From Octopus sinensis (lineage: Eukaryota): a DNA stretch of 48,155 nucleotides. Shown here one piece after another: positions 22,741-34,940 of this stretch (position 1 is its first letter; every line of letters begins with the position of its first letter). The translations under genes and the position numbers were made by a program. The notes below the pieces were generated by a model. It searched no databases and was not told the origin of the DNA. It saw only the letters and a program-made list of their open reading frames with translations. The stretch covers positions 1 to 48,155 of the forward strand of contig NW_021834390.1 of NCBI RefSeq assembly GCF_006345805.1. The letters run 5' to 3'.

Positions 22741-23020
22741 CAGAATGAATGGTAGAAAGCATTCTTCCTGATGTTGCCTTTGTTGGCACACATTTTATCT
22801 ATGCCACCAGGGTTCTGTTCAAGGGCTCAACATACTGCCAGTTCTGAGACTTGAACTTATGACCAAATGAACATGAGCCCAACATCATAACCACTAGATT
22901 ATGTGCCTTAAACAAAAGGCTATGATGAGACTCACACAATTCCTGTGCCTTATATGGACTGGAGTAACATGTGATGCAGTAGAGTATCAAGGAGGGGATA
23001 CAATGAGGGTAGTCCTCCAT

Positions 23021-23250
23021 GGCGGCGAACTGACAGAATCGTTAGCACGCGGGGCGAAATGCTTAGCGGTATTTCGTCTGCTGTTACGTTGTGAGTTCAA
23101 ATTCCGCCGAGGTCGACTTTGCCTTTCGTCCTTTCGGGGTCGATAAATTAAGTACCAGTTACGCACTGGGGTCGATGTAATCGACATAATACCTATGTCT
23201 GTCCTTTGTCCCCTCTATGTTTAGTCCCTTGTGGGTAATAAAGAAATAGG
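23021..23250 (+). mobile_element. Young SINE family D with a perfect TSD
   Basis: CpG-rich; ggtagtcctccatgg at 23008-23022 and 23249-23263. Confidence 0.92.
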
Positions 23251-23889
23251 TAGTCCTCCATGGGCCTTGCTTTTATAAGGATGACATTTTGGGGTCTGTT
23301 GTATAAGCTTGTATAATGGGTGCAGGGTTGTAAACTCAAAGGATGCCTCGGTTGACATGCATACTAGCTATGCCACTGGTGTAATGAAGAGTTGTGTTCA
23401 AGAGCTCAACATACTGCCTGGTCTAAGATTTGAACTTGCAACCTAATGAACATGAGCCCAACATCATAACCACTAGGCTATGTGTCTCAACCAAGAGGTT
23501 ATGATGAGACTCACACAATTCCTGTGAATCATATGCTAAGTAAACAATGGGGAAACGATCTATTGTATTTATTACCCCTGAAGTTGCTATGATATCAAAA
23601 CAGCAACATCTGGAAATAGATACACTTTGAAGGGGAATATAAAACAATGGAATGGTAGACAGCAAAATGATTCCAATGAGGATGTTTACCAAAAATCTCG
23701 TTTCACTGAACAAACAAAAACCTATCCAGAGAGATACAAATATTTGCTAGAATTTCAAAACAGACAAATGTATCAACTGTTGTGTGTGTGTTGTTTATTC
23801 ATTGTTGTAGACGGATGACTTTTAGTAATAAATGGTAAAATAGCAGTAATGGCCGGCAGGATGACTTTTCAAATCCCAAATGAAGTTTA

Positions 23890-24398
23890 TGCATGCACAC
23901 ACAAACACAATTAGACACAAACACTTACATACATACAGACACATACCTACACACACACACACACACACTCAAACACACACACTCAAACACATATACACAC
24001 ACAAATACATACACATACACACAAACTCACACACACACACATACACACATACACACACACCTGCCCCACACAAATACACCCACTTACAAACACACACACA
24101 CACACACGTACATGCACACACACGTACATGCACACACACGTACATGCACACACACGTACATGCACACACACATACATGCACACACACATACATGCACATA
24201 CATGTACATGCACACACACGTACATACACACACACACACCTGCCCCAAACAAATACACCCACTTACACACACACACACGTATATGCACACACACGTACAT
24301 ACACCCACTACACACACACAAATACCCACACACACACGTACATGCACACACACAAACACACACCCAGTCATGTGCACATACATGCATACATACACATG
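23890..24398. repeat. CA-derived minisatellite (CACACACGTACATG-type units) with a 180-bp higher-order duplication
   Basis: cacctgcccca(c/a)acaaatacacccacttaca occurs at about 24058 and 24238. Confidence 0.85.
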
Positions 24399-24596
24399 AG
24401 CCTATAACATATGGTTATGTGGTTAACAAGCTAACCACAGGTATGGTTCTGTGGCTAAGAAGCTCATTTTGCAACTATGTGGTTTTGAGTTCAGTCCTTC
24501 TGCAAGGCATTATAAATAAATGTCTTCTGCTGCAGCACCAGGCCAAGAACAATACCTTGTGAGAGAATTTTCTAGACAGAAACTGTCTAGAATAGA

Positions 24597-24769
24597 AAGG
24601 TGGTGAGCTGGCAGAAACGTTAGCACGCCAGGCGAAATGCTTAGTGGTATTTCGTCTGCCATTACATTCTGCATTCAAATTCCGTCTTGAACCCAGAATG
24701 AAAACACAGATGAAATGCTGCTAAACATTTTGCCTGGCAGGTTAATGATTCTGCCAGCTCACTGCCTTT
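24597..24769. mobile_element. Two SINE D heads in inverted orientation, directly joined
   Basis: aaaggtggtgagctggcagaaacgttagc... and ...ttaatgattctgccagctcactgccttt. Confidence 0.85.
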
Positions 24770-25027
24770 TGCCGTTATTCTAATATTGATAATATGTAAT
24801 ATATCTTTGTTCTGTCTTGGGAGGGTCATCATGCCAATGAAAACACATGCACTGGATCTATTTCCCTTCATTATTCGTCAATTGGTTAACTATCTAACCT
24901 AATTAACTAGTTGATTGTTTGATTAATTGTTTGGTTAATCAATGAATCTATTAAGTTTGTCAAAGTCTCTTCTTCACTGAATGATTAATCAAACTGTCAA
25001 TTAGTTAATTGGTTGAATAGTTAAATA

Positions 25028-25204
25028 GGTGCAGGAGTGGCTGCGTGGTAAGTAGCTTGCTTACTAACCACATTGTTCTGGGTTCAGTCCCACTGCATGG
25101 CACTTTGGACAAGTGTCTTCTACTATACCCTCGGGCCAACCAAAGCCTTGTGAGTGGATTTGGTAGATGGAAACTGAAAGAAGCCCGTCGTATATATGTA
25201 TGTG

Positions 25205-25239
<35 letters not shown>

Positions 25240-25462
25240 GTGTGTGTGTATATGTTTGTGTGTCTCTGTTGTCCCCCCAACATTGCTTGACAACCGATGC
25301 TGGTGTGTTTATATCCGCGATAACTAAGCAGTTCGGCAAAAGATACCGATAGAATAAGTACTAGGCTTACAAAGAATAAGTCCTGGGAGTCGATTTGCTC
25401 GACTAAAGGTAGTACTCCAGCATGGCCACAGTAAAATGACTGAAACAAGTAAAAGAGTAAAA
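25028..25462 (+). mobile_element. SINE family A, full length, with internal (TA)/(TG) microsatellite
   Basis: tRNA-like head ggagtggctgcgtggtaagtagc...gggttcagtccc; CORE-like ctttggacaagtgtctt; tail tgactgaaacaagtaaaagag. Confidence 0.9.
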
Positions 25463-25789
25463 ACATTAAAAGATTAAAATTGATAAATAAATAAAGTGGA
25501 ATAGAACCAGTGTGCGTGTTTATTATTGACATAATGACCTTCCCATGATACAACAAAATCTTAATTACTAGCCAGCTCACAGTATTTCGTTTTGCAGCCA
25601 CACTATACTACCAAGTGTATTAAAGATTTACAAGTCAACATTGTACTTTACTTTTATGTTAGTAGTGTAATAAAACAACAGAATATGTTTCATCACATGG
25701 TACCACATTAAAAATCTTGCAAATCAAATACAAAAATGGAAAGTAATATAGCTGTTGTTGTTGTTTAGATCCAGGTAAGGCGTTATTGA

Positions 25790-25903
25790 AGTCGTCGTCG
25801 TCGTTGTCGTCGTCGTCATCGTCGTCGTCGTCGTCGTCATCATCATCATCATCATCATCATCATTATCATCATCATTATCATCATCACCATCACCATCAT
25901 CAC

Positions 25904-25938
<35 letters not shown>

Positions 25939-25997
25939 CCATCACCATCATCACCATCATCATCATCATCATCATTATCATCATCATCATCATCACC

Positions 25998-26029
<32 letters not shown>

Positions 26030-26080
26030 CATCATCATCACATCATCATCATCAAACATCATCTCATCATCATCACCATC

Positions 26081-26136
<56 letters not shown>

Positions 26137-26172
26137 TATCATCATCATTATCATCATCATCATCTTCATCAT
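25790..26172. repeat. (CGT)n grading into (CAT)n/(CAC)n; expanded tail of a minus-strand RTE-type repeat
   Basis: Followed by cattttagtgtcctctttttatgcttgcatggatc, a decayed reverse-complement tail. Confidence 0.85.
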
Positions 26173-26619
26173 TTTAGTGTCCTCTTTTTATGCTTGCATG
26201 GATCAAATACAATTCATTGAGTAAGATTTTCTACGACTAGATGCTATTTCTGTCACCAACATTCACATGTTTCCAAGTAAGGTGATATTTCCCCACTAGT
26301 CCTTCAAACATAGCACAATGATTGGACATGATTTCACAGAAGATTTCAAGCAGGCTTACACACACACACATGTACATACATATACATACACACTCACATA
26401 TTCGCACAAACATGTACATAGCTATACATAGATACACATACATATTTACACACACACATATACACAAATATATATGAAGAATTTCTTTCAGTTTTTTCTA
26501 CCAAATCCACTAACAAGGTTTTTATTGTCCTAGGGTTATATTAGAAGGCAAGGTGACACCATGTATTTATATATACCACATGGTGTCACGAGTTTAAAGC
26601 TATCTAACACTACATGTTC

Positions 26620-26972
26620 ATGAGTCAATGGAGGAATTTCTATCCAGTTGCTCAACCTACACGAAATAGAAACCAAATCTCCCTCAATTCATTCCTTATT
26701 TTTTTGTAAAAGATGGACACATTGGATAATGTGCTCTTGTGTGCATTGAACCTTGGAAAAGTTTGGATAGTCATGGTTGGAACTCTTTCATCATAAGTTT
26801 GCAGTACCAGAGCTGACATGGAGCCAATCAATAAACAGCAAGGAAAAAACACTAAATAATTTAGTCTTAGATACACCATATTTGATTGATGATGGCATCA
26901 TTTATTGTCAGAATGCCTTAAATCATAGACTTGCTCAGTCAGAGCTGACCTGGGGTTAAATAGCAGCAACAT
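26620..26972 (+). mobile_element. Old interspersed repeat ending in (AAC/AGC)n, with a duplicated 3' part
   Basis: gaaatagaaaccaaatctccctcaa...cagagctgacctggggttaaatagcagcaac. Confidence 0.6.
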
Positions 26973-28193
26973 GATGTTAACATGTTAACTATGATAGTTC
27001 TTCAGTTTTCAGCCAAAAGTTCTCTCACTTCTTTTTTTTTTTTTTTTGGCTTTATTTTGCAGCACCAACATAATTCAGAACTAATGAAATTCTTTGTTTT
27101 CATTCCTAACTCTTTTCTGTTTTATTTAGGTTGGCTCATGTTTGACATGTCTATAAATTTCCTGGTTTCCTGTGCTTAGCACCAACCATTTCAATCAATA
27201 TCTTCTAATGTTTATCAAATGTTGCAATTGGCAAACATAACGCCTCATCTATGAGACATAATCACACAAACACTACACTACTATTTTGTGGTGACTGTTT
27301 TTTATGAGCTTATGGTGTTTACTCCAACAATTCATGGGAAAGTCATTAGTGAGTAACTAGCCTCACATCCAGGAGCAGAATTGTTTCTTGTCTGCTGATA
27401 CTAAAGAAACTGGAATCTGACAGTGCTTCAAATAAATCTAAGAGTTCTTTGAAAATATTTACTTACAAATAAAATTCTTTTCTGGAAGCTTCTAAAAGAA
27501 AGTTCTCACATTTCTGAACTGAACTAACAAACTTCTAGAAAATTCCAAAAGAAAATATATATTTCCAAGTTTTAATGGAAGATTAGCTTAGCTAGTAGAT
27601 ATTGGTTTGCAGTTTATGTGGTCCAAATTTTACTACAAGTACAATTCTTGATTCAAGGCTTTTAATTGAAAATAGATAAACCATTTTCTTCACGGTTGAT
27701 TGCTTGACATCAATAAGACTATCCAAGTGCACTAGACTAAAACGGAGTGTGCTGAACATTAGAGTAAAGGAAACTTCAATATTGTTTTATAAAATAAATC
27801 CTACTAGCTTTACTAACCTGATACTCTGGTTATAAACTGTTTAGACTATTTGAAATGGAAATTGTGTAAAATTGTATTAGATACGTACACATTGACCATT
27901 ATATGCTTCACGTCCGACTGTTAATCTTATGTTCCAGTAATTCAATCATGATTTTTGGATTTCAAAATAAATTAAAAGTGCTTCAGAAATGGTCATAAAA
28001 TAAGACTAAGTATAAAAGATTCAGATATAGCTATTTAGTTGTGTGTTTGAGAAGTTCACTCCACAGTCAGTCACCTGGTTCTGGGTAATGTTCGACTGTA
28101 TTACAACTTGCATAAGTGCTTTCTAACATACTAAAGAAATTTGGTTGGTTAAAATTGTATGGAAGCTCATCATTATCAACGTCATCATTTTAA

Positions 28194-28412
28194 CCCTTTA
28201 GTGTTCAGATTATTCTATCAAACATAATGCTTATTGATTCCCATTGATTTGAATTAATCATGCATTATCTCATATCTTCAAGATCTTGATGGTGTAATTA
28301 CTTAATGTAGAATAACATTGTAGGGTAGGTGTGAGAGCCTGGATCTGGTCAGTTTGAACATAAAACAGATTAACTATTTTGGCCGGATATGGCCGGTTTA
28401 AATACTAAAGGG
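28194..28412. mobile_element. piggyBac-like MITE (TTAA TSD)
   Basis: TTAA|ccctttagtgttcaga ... tttaaatactaaaggg|TTAA; sits in the TTAA of a decayed minus-strand RTE tail. Confidence 0.85.
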
Positions 28413-28460
28413 TTAATGTCCATTTTGTCATGCCTGCATGAGTCAGACATCATGTATATA

Positions 28461-28677
28461 TGATGGGGTGCTGAAAGGTTCCTGGCTTTAAGGGTGTCGT
28501 AAAAGGCCTGGTTGGAGGCCCAACCTCCTGAGTTCTTTTACAAGGCTTAGAAAACCTGAAGGGTCACAGCAATAATTGCGTGAATCTGGGAGGGGAATAT
28601 GTTGCATAAAAGCATAATCAACTGATCCTCCTGTATTTTCATTTACCCAAAGCCAGGAACTTTTCAGCACCCCCTTG
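28461..28677 (+). mobile_element. Mariner-derived MITE retaining the transposase C-terminus
   Basis: TIRs ggggtgctgaaaggttcctggcttt and aaagccaggaacttttcagcacccc; internal GLENLKGHSNNCVNLGGEYVA* resembles the mariner C-terminal KCxxxxGxYVE* motif. Confidence 0.88.
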
Positions 28678-28703
28678 AGGGTGTGTGTCTATTTACATAC
28701 ATC

Positions 28704-28734
<31 letters not shown>

Positions 28735-28814
28735 CACATGACTTTGCATTGGCACCACTGAGACAGTGAAGTTATGTTTCATGTTAAAGAAAAGTTTCAC
28801 AGAGACACAATGTA

Positions 28815-29482
28815 TTCTTTTTCTCTTATTCTTTGATTAGCTTCAGTCATTGAACTGCAGCCATACTGGAGCACCACCTTGAAGGGGTTTTTAGACCAAC
28901 AAATTGACCCCAGGACTTAATATTTTTTTTTAAAGCCAAGTACTTATTCTATAATAAGCACATGGTGTAGTGGTTAGAGCAGCGGACTCGCCGTCGAGGG
29001 ATCGCGTGTTTGAATCTCAGACCAGGTGATGTGTGTGTTTATGAGCGAAACACCTAAGCTCCACACAGCTCCAGCAGAAGGTAATGGTGAAACTTCTGCT
29101 GACTCTTTCACCACAACTTTCTCTCACTCTTTCCTCTTGCATCTTGCAGCTCACCTGCAATGGACTGGTGTCCCGTCCAATTGGGGAACCTATACGCCAA
29201 GGAAACCAGGAAACCAGCCCTTATGAGCCAGGCATGGCTCGAGAAGGAACAAACAAACTTATTGTATACATCTCTTTTGCCAAAACACTAAGTTACAGGG
29301 ACTTCAAACACACCAATAATGGTTGTGAAGCAGTGATGAGGGGACAAACAGAGACTATAAGACATGCATACTTAGATATTTATATGACGGGCTTCTTTCA
29401 GTTTCCGTCTACAAAATCCATTCACGAGGCTTTGGTCGACCCAAGGCTATAGGAGAAGGCACTCACAGCCATGCCTGCACCT
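28815..29482 (-). mobile_element. SINE family A, split by a SINE C insertion
   Basis: Tail at 28815-28953; remainder at 29258-29482. Confidence 0.8.
28957..29257 (+). mobile_element. SINE family C nested in SINE A
   Basis: Similar to 11201; TSD acttattctata (28942) / acttattgtata (29257); (AAAC)n end. Confidence 0.85.
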
Positions 29483-29550
29483 GTATGAAGATACAGAATA
29501 AAGTACCTTATATGAAAAATAAACAAGTAAGGACTGACATCAGGAAGGGC

Positions 29551-29630
29551 ATCTGGTGAATATGGAGGGTGGGGTAACACATCCCAGCCGAGCTGCAGCA
29601 ATTTTTGTCTGGTTCCCAAAGCATCAAGTG
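29551..29630 (-). mobile_element. 80-bp internal mariner fragment embedded in an RTE tail
   Basis: Reverse complement equals 36028-36108 except for one C; encodes LGTRQKLLQLGWDVLPHPPYSPD. Confidence 0.92.
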
Positions 29631-29685
29631 TCCAACCCATACCAGCATGTAAAAGAGAAAAAGGGGAAAAGAAACAAAGAAAAAC

Positions 29686-29717
<32 letters not shown>

Positions 29718-29854
29718 GGTGGTGGTGGTGATGATGATGATGACTATGAAGGTTATGACAATGATGACAACAAAGGTGATGACAATGATGATAATGTCGA
29801 TGATGATGGTGAGGATAATGATGATGATGATGATGATGATGATGGCGGGTGTAG

Positions 29855-30123
29855 TCAAGCGATGTTGGGGGGACAAACACAGACACAACATACACACACC
29901 ACATATATATATACATACACACACATATATATATATACATACACACATACACATATATACGACGGGCTTCTTTCAGTTTCCGTCTCCCAAATCCACTCAC
30001 AAGGCTTTGGTCAGCCTGACACTATAGTAGAAGACACTTGCCCAAGGTGCCACGCAGTGCGACTGAACCCAGAACCATTAGGTTGGTGAGCAAAGCTACT
30101 TACCACACAGCCACTCCTACACC
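29855..30123 (-). mobile_element. SINE family A, 5' two-thirds
   Basis: Reverse-complement match to 25028 and 37041. Confidence 0.88.
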
Positions 30124-30609
30124 TTTTTCAAAATATTTTTCTAACAGGAGGGAAAAAAAAAAAATAACTAAAACCAAAAAATAAATAAATAAATAAATAA
30201 ACACAGGCTGCATGAATGAAAAATACAAGTATTTTTGAGTTTTTTGAATTTCTGGATTAACATCAACAAACTGAAGTTATATAACAATCTAGAAACAAAA
30301 TTTTTGAAAGAATTCAAGAGGATACGTGATATCTTAAAAAACAACTGGTAACATTAACAATTATATTTTCTTCCACCATGAGAGAAAGAGAGAAAAGAAA
30401 AGAGAGAGAGAGAGAGAGAGATAGAAGTAATATACTGTGTGTATGTGTATGGCAGGAATGGGAGGAAGTTAGCCTTGTTTATCACACCCTAACATATATA
30501 GAGAAACCTAAAACAGCCTCAATAGAATTTCGGAGGGATGCGGATGTGGGTGGGTGGGTGGGTGTTGTTTTGTTATCTCAGCTAGAATTATAAAAATGTC
30601 AAACAATTG

Positions 30610-32130
30610 GCATGTTTGGTTGAATTGGTGGCTTGCTTGGTTGCTTGGTTGCTTGATTGCTTGATTGCTAGTTCTTTGGTTTGTTAGTTGTTAAGCGCTC
30701 AGTTCCTTCGCTGGCTGGTCGGTTGGTTGGTCGGTTGGTTGGTTGGTTGGTTGGTTGGTTGGTCGGTCGGTCGGTTGGTTGGTTGGTTGGCTGGTTGGTT
30801 GGTTGATTGGCTAGTTGGTTGGTTGGTTGGTTGGTTGGTCGGTTGGTTGGCTGGTTGGTCGTTTTTCTTTCATCACTCCAAGCTGGGTTAGATTAATAAT
30901 TGTGATAGTAATAATAGTGGTGATGGCAGCAGTGGTGGTAATTTATGCAGTAGTAGTAGTGGTTGTGGTGGTGGTGGTGGTGGTGCTGGTGCTGGTGCTG
31001 GTGGTGCTGGAGGTGTTGGTGGTGGTGGTAATGGTGGTGGTAATGGTGGTGGTGGTGCTGGTGTCATTGGTAGGAGTGGTGCTGACTGTGATGTCTGCTG
31101 AGGAGTGTTGATTGTTATTGGTATAACTAACAGTGATGATGGTAGTGAAAGTGTTAATGATGGAGGTAGCAGTGGGTGGGTGGGTGTGTTAAGATGATGT
31201 TAGTATTAGAACAGTAACAACGGGGGGTGGGTGGGGGGTTATGTCGTCGAAGGCAGTAGAGGTGGTGGAAGTGGTGGTGATGCTGGTTAGGATAGGGGTG
31301 GGGTGGTAGTTAGGATGGTGAGGGTGGTGGCTGTAACATTGTTGGTGGTGGTGACAGGCTTTGATGATGCAGATGGCAGTGATTGTTATGATGGTGGTGG
31401 TGTTTGTTGGTGGTAGGGGTGGTGGTATTAGTGGTGGTGGTGGTGGTTGTTGTGGTGTTGGTGTTGGCTGTGTTGGTGATGATAGCGTCGGTGCTGTTGA
31501 TTGTGGTGGTGGCTGTAGTATAATGTGGTTGTGATGATGGCAGTGGTGATAGCGGCAGTGGTGGTGGTGGTGGTGGTGGTGGCGGTGGTGGTGATGGTGG
31601 TGGTGGTGGTGGTGGGATGGTTGTGTAGGTAGCGGTATGATGTAGTTGTGATGGTGGTAGTTGAAGTGGTAGCGATAGTTGAGAGGGTAACAGTGGTGGT
31701 TGTTGTCGTCAAAGTCGCAGCAGTAGCTCACTGTAACCTACTTCTATGTATGTTTATAAGAATTTATTTGAATATCATCACCATCACCATCACCATCACC
31801 GACACTGTCATCATTATCAACAATAACAACAACAACACCAACAACAACAATGATAACAGCAATACCAATGCTGCCAACACCACCACCACCACCACCACTA
31901 TCCTCACCATCACAACCAGTACCACCAACACCATCACCATCATCACCATAATCATCATCATCACCAATATTGTCAGCATCATCATCATGACCGCTGCCAC
32001 AGCTACCAGTGCCACCACCACCACTACACCAACCACCATCCCCATCACTTTCATCATCATCATTACCATCACCATCAGCATCATCATAATGACAATGATG
32101 ATGACCACCACCACCACCATCACTGTCATT
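30610..32130. repeat. Low-complexity block: (GGTT)n, then (GGT)-rich, then strand-flipped (ACC/ATC)-rich
   Basis: Direct reading; strand polarity switches near 31730-31775. Confidence 0.9.
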
Positions 32131-32684
32131 TTACATGTTTTTTTCCTCATGTTTGCACAAGATAAATAAGTAAATATTGGAATAAAATATTTATAAAAAA
32201 AAACAATAACAATAACAAAATACAAAATACAAAACCAAAACCAAAAGCTAAAAGCCAAAAACTAAAAACCAAAAGCACCCCCCAAAAAACAAAAACAACA
32301 AAAACAATTTAACAAAAACAAAGAAAAATTACTGTAGAAACTGTTTTCAAAACAAAAAAAAACAACAACAACAACAGAAAATATTCATATTTTATTGGAT
32401 TGGATTATTGCCAAACAAACCCAAAGTTCTTTAGAATTTCGTATAAATATCTTACTCTGCTATTTTCATAACGATTCTTATTAATATTGTAAGAGTCGTT
32501 TTAATTTTAAACTTTTTCATTTCTGCAACTTTAAATATTACATCTATTTTTGACATCAAGTGCAATGTTTGAAGTTTAAAGGGAATACGAAGTCTTCAGA
32601 GGATTAACAGAAGATTAAATTCGTTTGAGTTTCTTCCATGCTGTGTTATTTCCTGAGCCAAATAATAATAATAATAAAAATAAT

Positions 32685-32966
32685 CATCATCATCATCATC
32701 GTTTAACGTCCGTTCTCCATGCTAGCATGGGTTGGACGGTTCGACTAGGGATCTGGGAAGCCAGAAGGCTACACCAGGCTCCGGTCTTATCTGGCAATGT
32801 TTCTACAGCTGGATGCCCTTCCTAATGCCAATCATCATCATCATCATCGTCGTTTAACGTCCGTTCTCCATGCTAGCATGGGTTGGACGGTTCGACCGGG
32901 GTTCTGGGAAGCCAGAAGGCTGCACCAGGCTCCAGTCTAATTTGGCAATGTTTCTACAGCTGGATG
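32685..32966 (-). mobile_element. Two tandem RTE-type 3' tails
   Basis: catcatcgtttaacgtccgttctccatgctagcatgggttggacggttcgac occurs twice, near 32695 and 32845. Confidence 0.9.
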
Positions 32967-32981
32967 TAGAAACATTGCCAA

Positions 32982-33037
<56 letters not shown>

Positions 33038-33064
33038 TAAGAATAATATTAATAATTTTAAAAT

Positions 33065-33433
33065 TTTTGTCACAAGGGCAACTTGGGGGGAGGTGGGGAT
33101 GAGTCAATTACATTGTTCCCCAGTATGTAACTGGTACTTATTTTATCAATCCCCAAAACGATGAAAGCCAAAGTCGACCTCGGCAGAATTTGAACTCAGA
33201 ACATAGCAGCAGACGAAATACCTATTTCTTTACTACCCACAAGGGGCTAAACACAGAGGGGACAAACAAACGGATTAAGTCGATTATATCGACCCCAGTG
33301 CATAACTGGTACTTATTTAATCGACCCGGAAAGGATGAAAGGCAAAGTCGACCTTGGCGGAATTTGAACTCAGAACATAGCGGCAGACGAAATACCGCTA
33401 GGCATGCTAACAATTCTGCCAGCTCACTGCCTT
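33065..33433 (-). mobile_element. Tandem SINE D units with two different tails
   Basis: gatgaaag(c/g)caaagtcgacct(c/t)ggc(a/g)gaatttgaactcagaac occurs twice; one tail resembles 23021, the other 45033. Confidence 0.85.
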
Positions 33434-33451
33434 ATGCCAGCTGGCTGCCTT

Positions 33452-33519
<68 letters not shown>

Positions 33520-33526
33520 TAATAAT

Positions 33527-33862
33527 AACAAGAGCACATAGAAAGCGCCAACCTCCACCAACAATTAGCCGGAGATGATTTTTGAAATGAGAATATCTGA
33601 AATAAACTCAACTGCTCTCACAAATGAGAGTAATAAAAATGAACCCGACCACTCTCAAAAATTAAGTAAAAAAACAGGAAAAACAATCCAGAATCCTTGT
33701 CCAGTATGGGATTGATCCCAAAATCTAATCAGTTCATGCGAGTCATGAGGCCAAACATCTCTGAAAGTTTCATCCAAATCTATTCAGCGATTCTTCAGAT
33801 ATCTTGTCCATGGATAAACAAACACAACTAAAAACAATACCTCTGCCTTCACTAAGGCGGAA

Positions 33863-33867
<5 letters not shown>
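33527..33867 (-). mobile_element. DINE-1/Helentron-associated (HINE)-like element
   Basis: Minus strand: ttacttccgcc..ggcagaggt 5' sub-TIR with nearby inverted copy; GTTT tract; gatttggatgaaactt core; 3' ggtggaggt plus stem-loop gcgctttctatgtgc; inserted in (TTA)n. Confidence 0.7.
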
Positions 33868-33895
<28 letters not shown>

Positions 33896-34228
33896 GTTTC
33901 ACCATCATTATCATCAACATCATTGTTGCCAATGCCTTCGTCATTGTCCTCATCATCATCATCATCATCATCATCCTCATACAACCACCACCACCACCAC
34001 CACTCCTGAGTAAATAAGTTACCAGTAATATATTTGTGTCTATTAAATACTCTGCTCTATTCATTATTCAATGAATATTCAATTAATAGTTGCAGAATCA
34101 GATTCCAAATCCCCGCAGGACTGATATTGCGTTCCATCTTGGTAATACTGAATGAATCATAATGACAGAAGGCATTTTTCATGGCAAGTAACTAGGACTG
34201 GCACCACCATATTTCGTAAGGAATAGCT

Positions 34229-34390
34229 GCAGGCATGGCTGTGTGATAAGAACTTTGCTTACTGACTACAAGGTTCAGGGTTTTAGTCCCACAGCAGCAA
34301 CGGTAATTAACTATAACCTCAGGTCAGCCAAAATCTTGTTAGAGGATTTAGGTGACAGAAACTGAAAGAAGCCCATTGTGTGTGTGTGTC

Positions 34391-34481
<91 letters not shown>

Positions 34482-34640
34482 GTGTGTGTCCTTTTGTCTG
34501 TGTTTGTCCACACTTAATAACTGGTTTTGGTGTGTTTAAATCTATGTGACTTTGCAAATTCTACCAGTCTCTTTTGTCAAAGAGTCCGGTAGAATATGTA
34601 CCAAGCATTACAAAGGAAAGTACTGGGAGCAATTCATTGC
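34229..34640 (+). mobile_element. Old SINE family A with an expanded internal (TG)n
   Basis: gcaggcatggctgtgtgataag...gaaactgaaagaagcccat[(TG)n]gtttgtcc. Confidence 0.75.
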
Positions 34641-34664
34641 AAATATTATCCTTATACCCAGACC

Positions 34665-34940
34665 TCTGAGAGGAATTTGACAAGTAAAATGGAACGAGAC
34701 TATGTTCAGACACTGGGAGGAGCTATACTTGCTGGGAGAAATTTGGCAAGGCAGAACAAGACCACTTTCAGGCCCTGGGAGGGAGTGTCTTCTCTGAGAG
34801 GAATTTTACAAGGCAGAACAAAAGTACATTTATGCTCTGGGAGGATTGTCGACTCTCTCACTCTCTCTCAAAGAGAAATTTGGCAAAGTGGAACAAGACT
34901 GCTTTCTGGCCAGAGGAGGGAGTATTCTCTCAAAATTTGA
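34665..34940. repeat. Degenerate 60-77 bp tandem repeat, about 4 copies
   Basis: gaga(g)gaattt(g/t)(g/a)caag..gaac(a/g)aga..gggagg recurs near 34667, 34736, 34796 and 34873. Confidence 0.65.

Noticed and set aside
27467-27560. Minus-strand exon ending at a GTAAGT donor
   Set aside because: Several possible acceptors and no convincing coding frame. It could be a UTR exon but cannot be supported from sequence alone.
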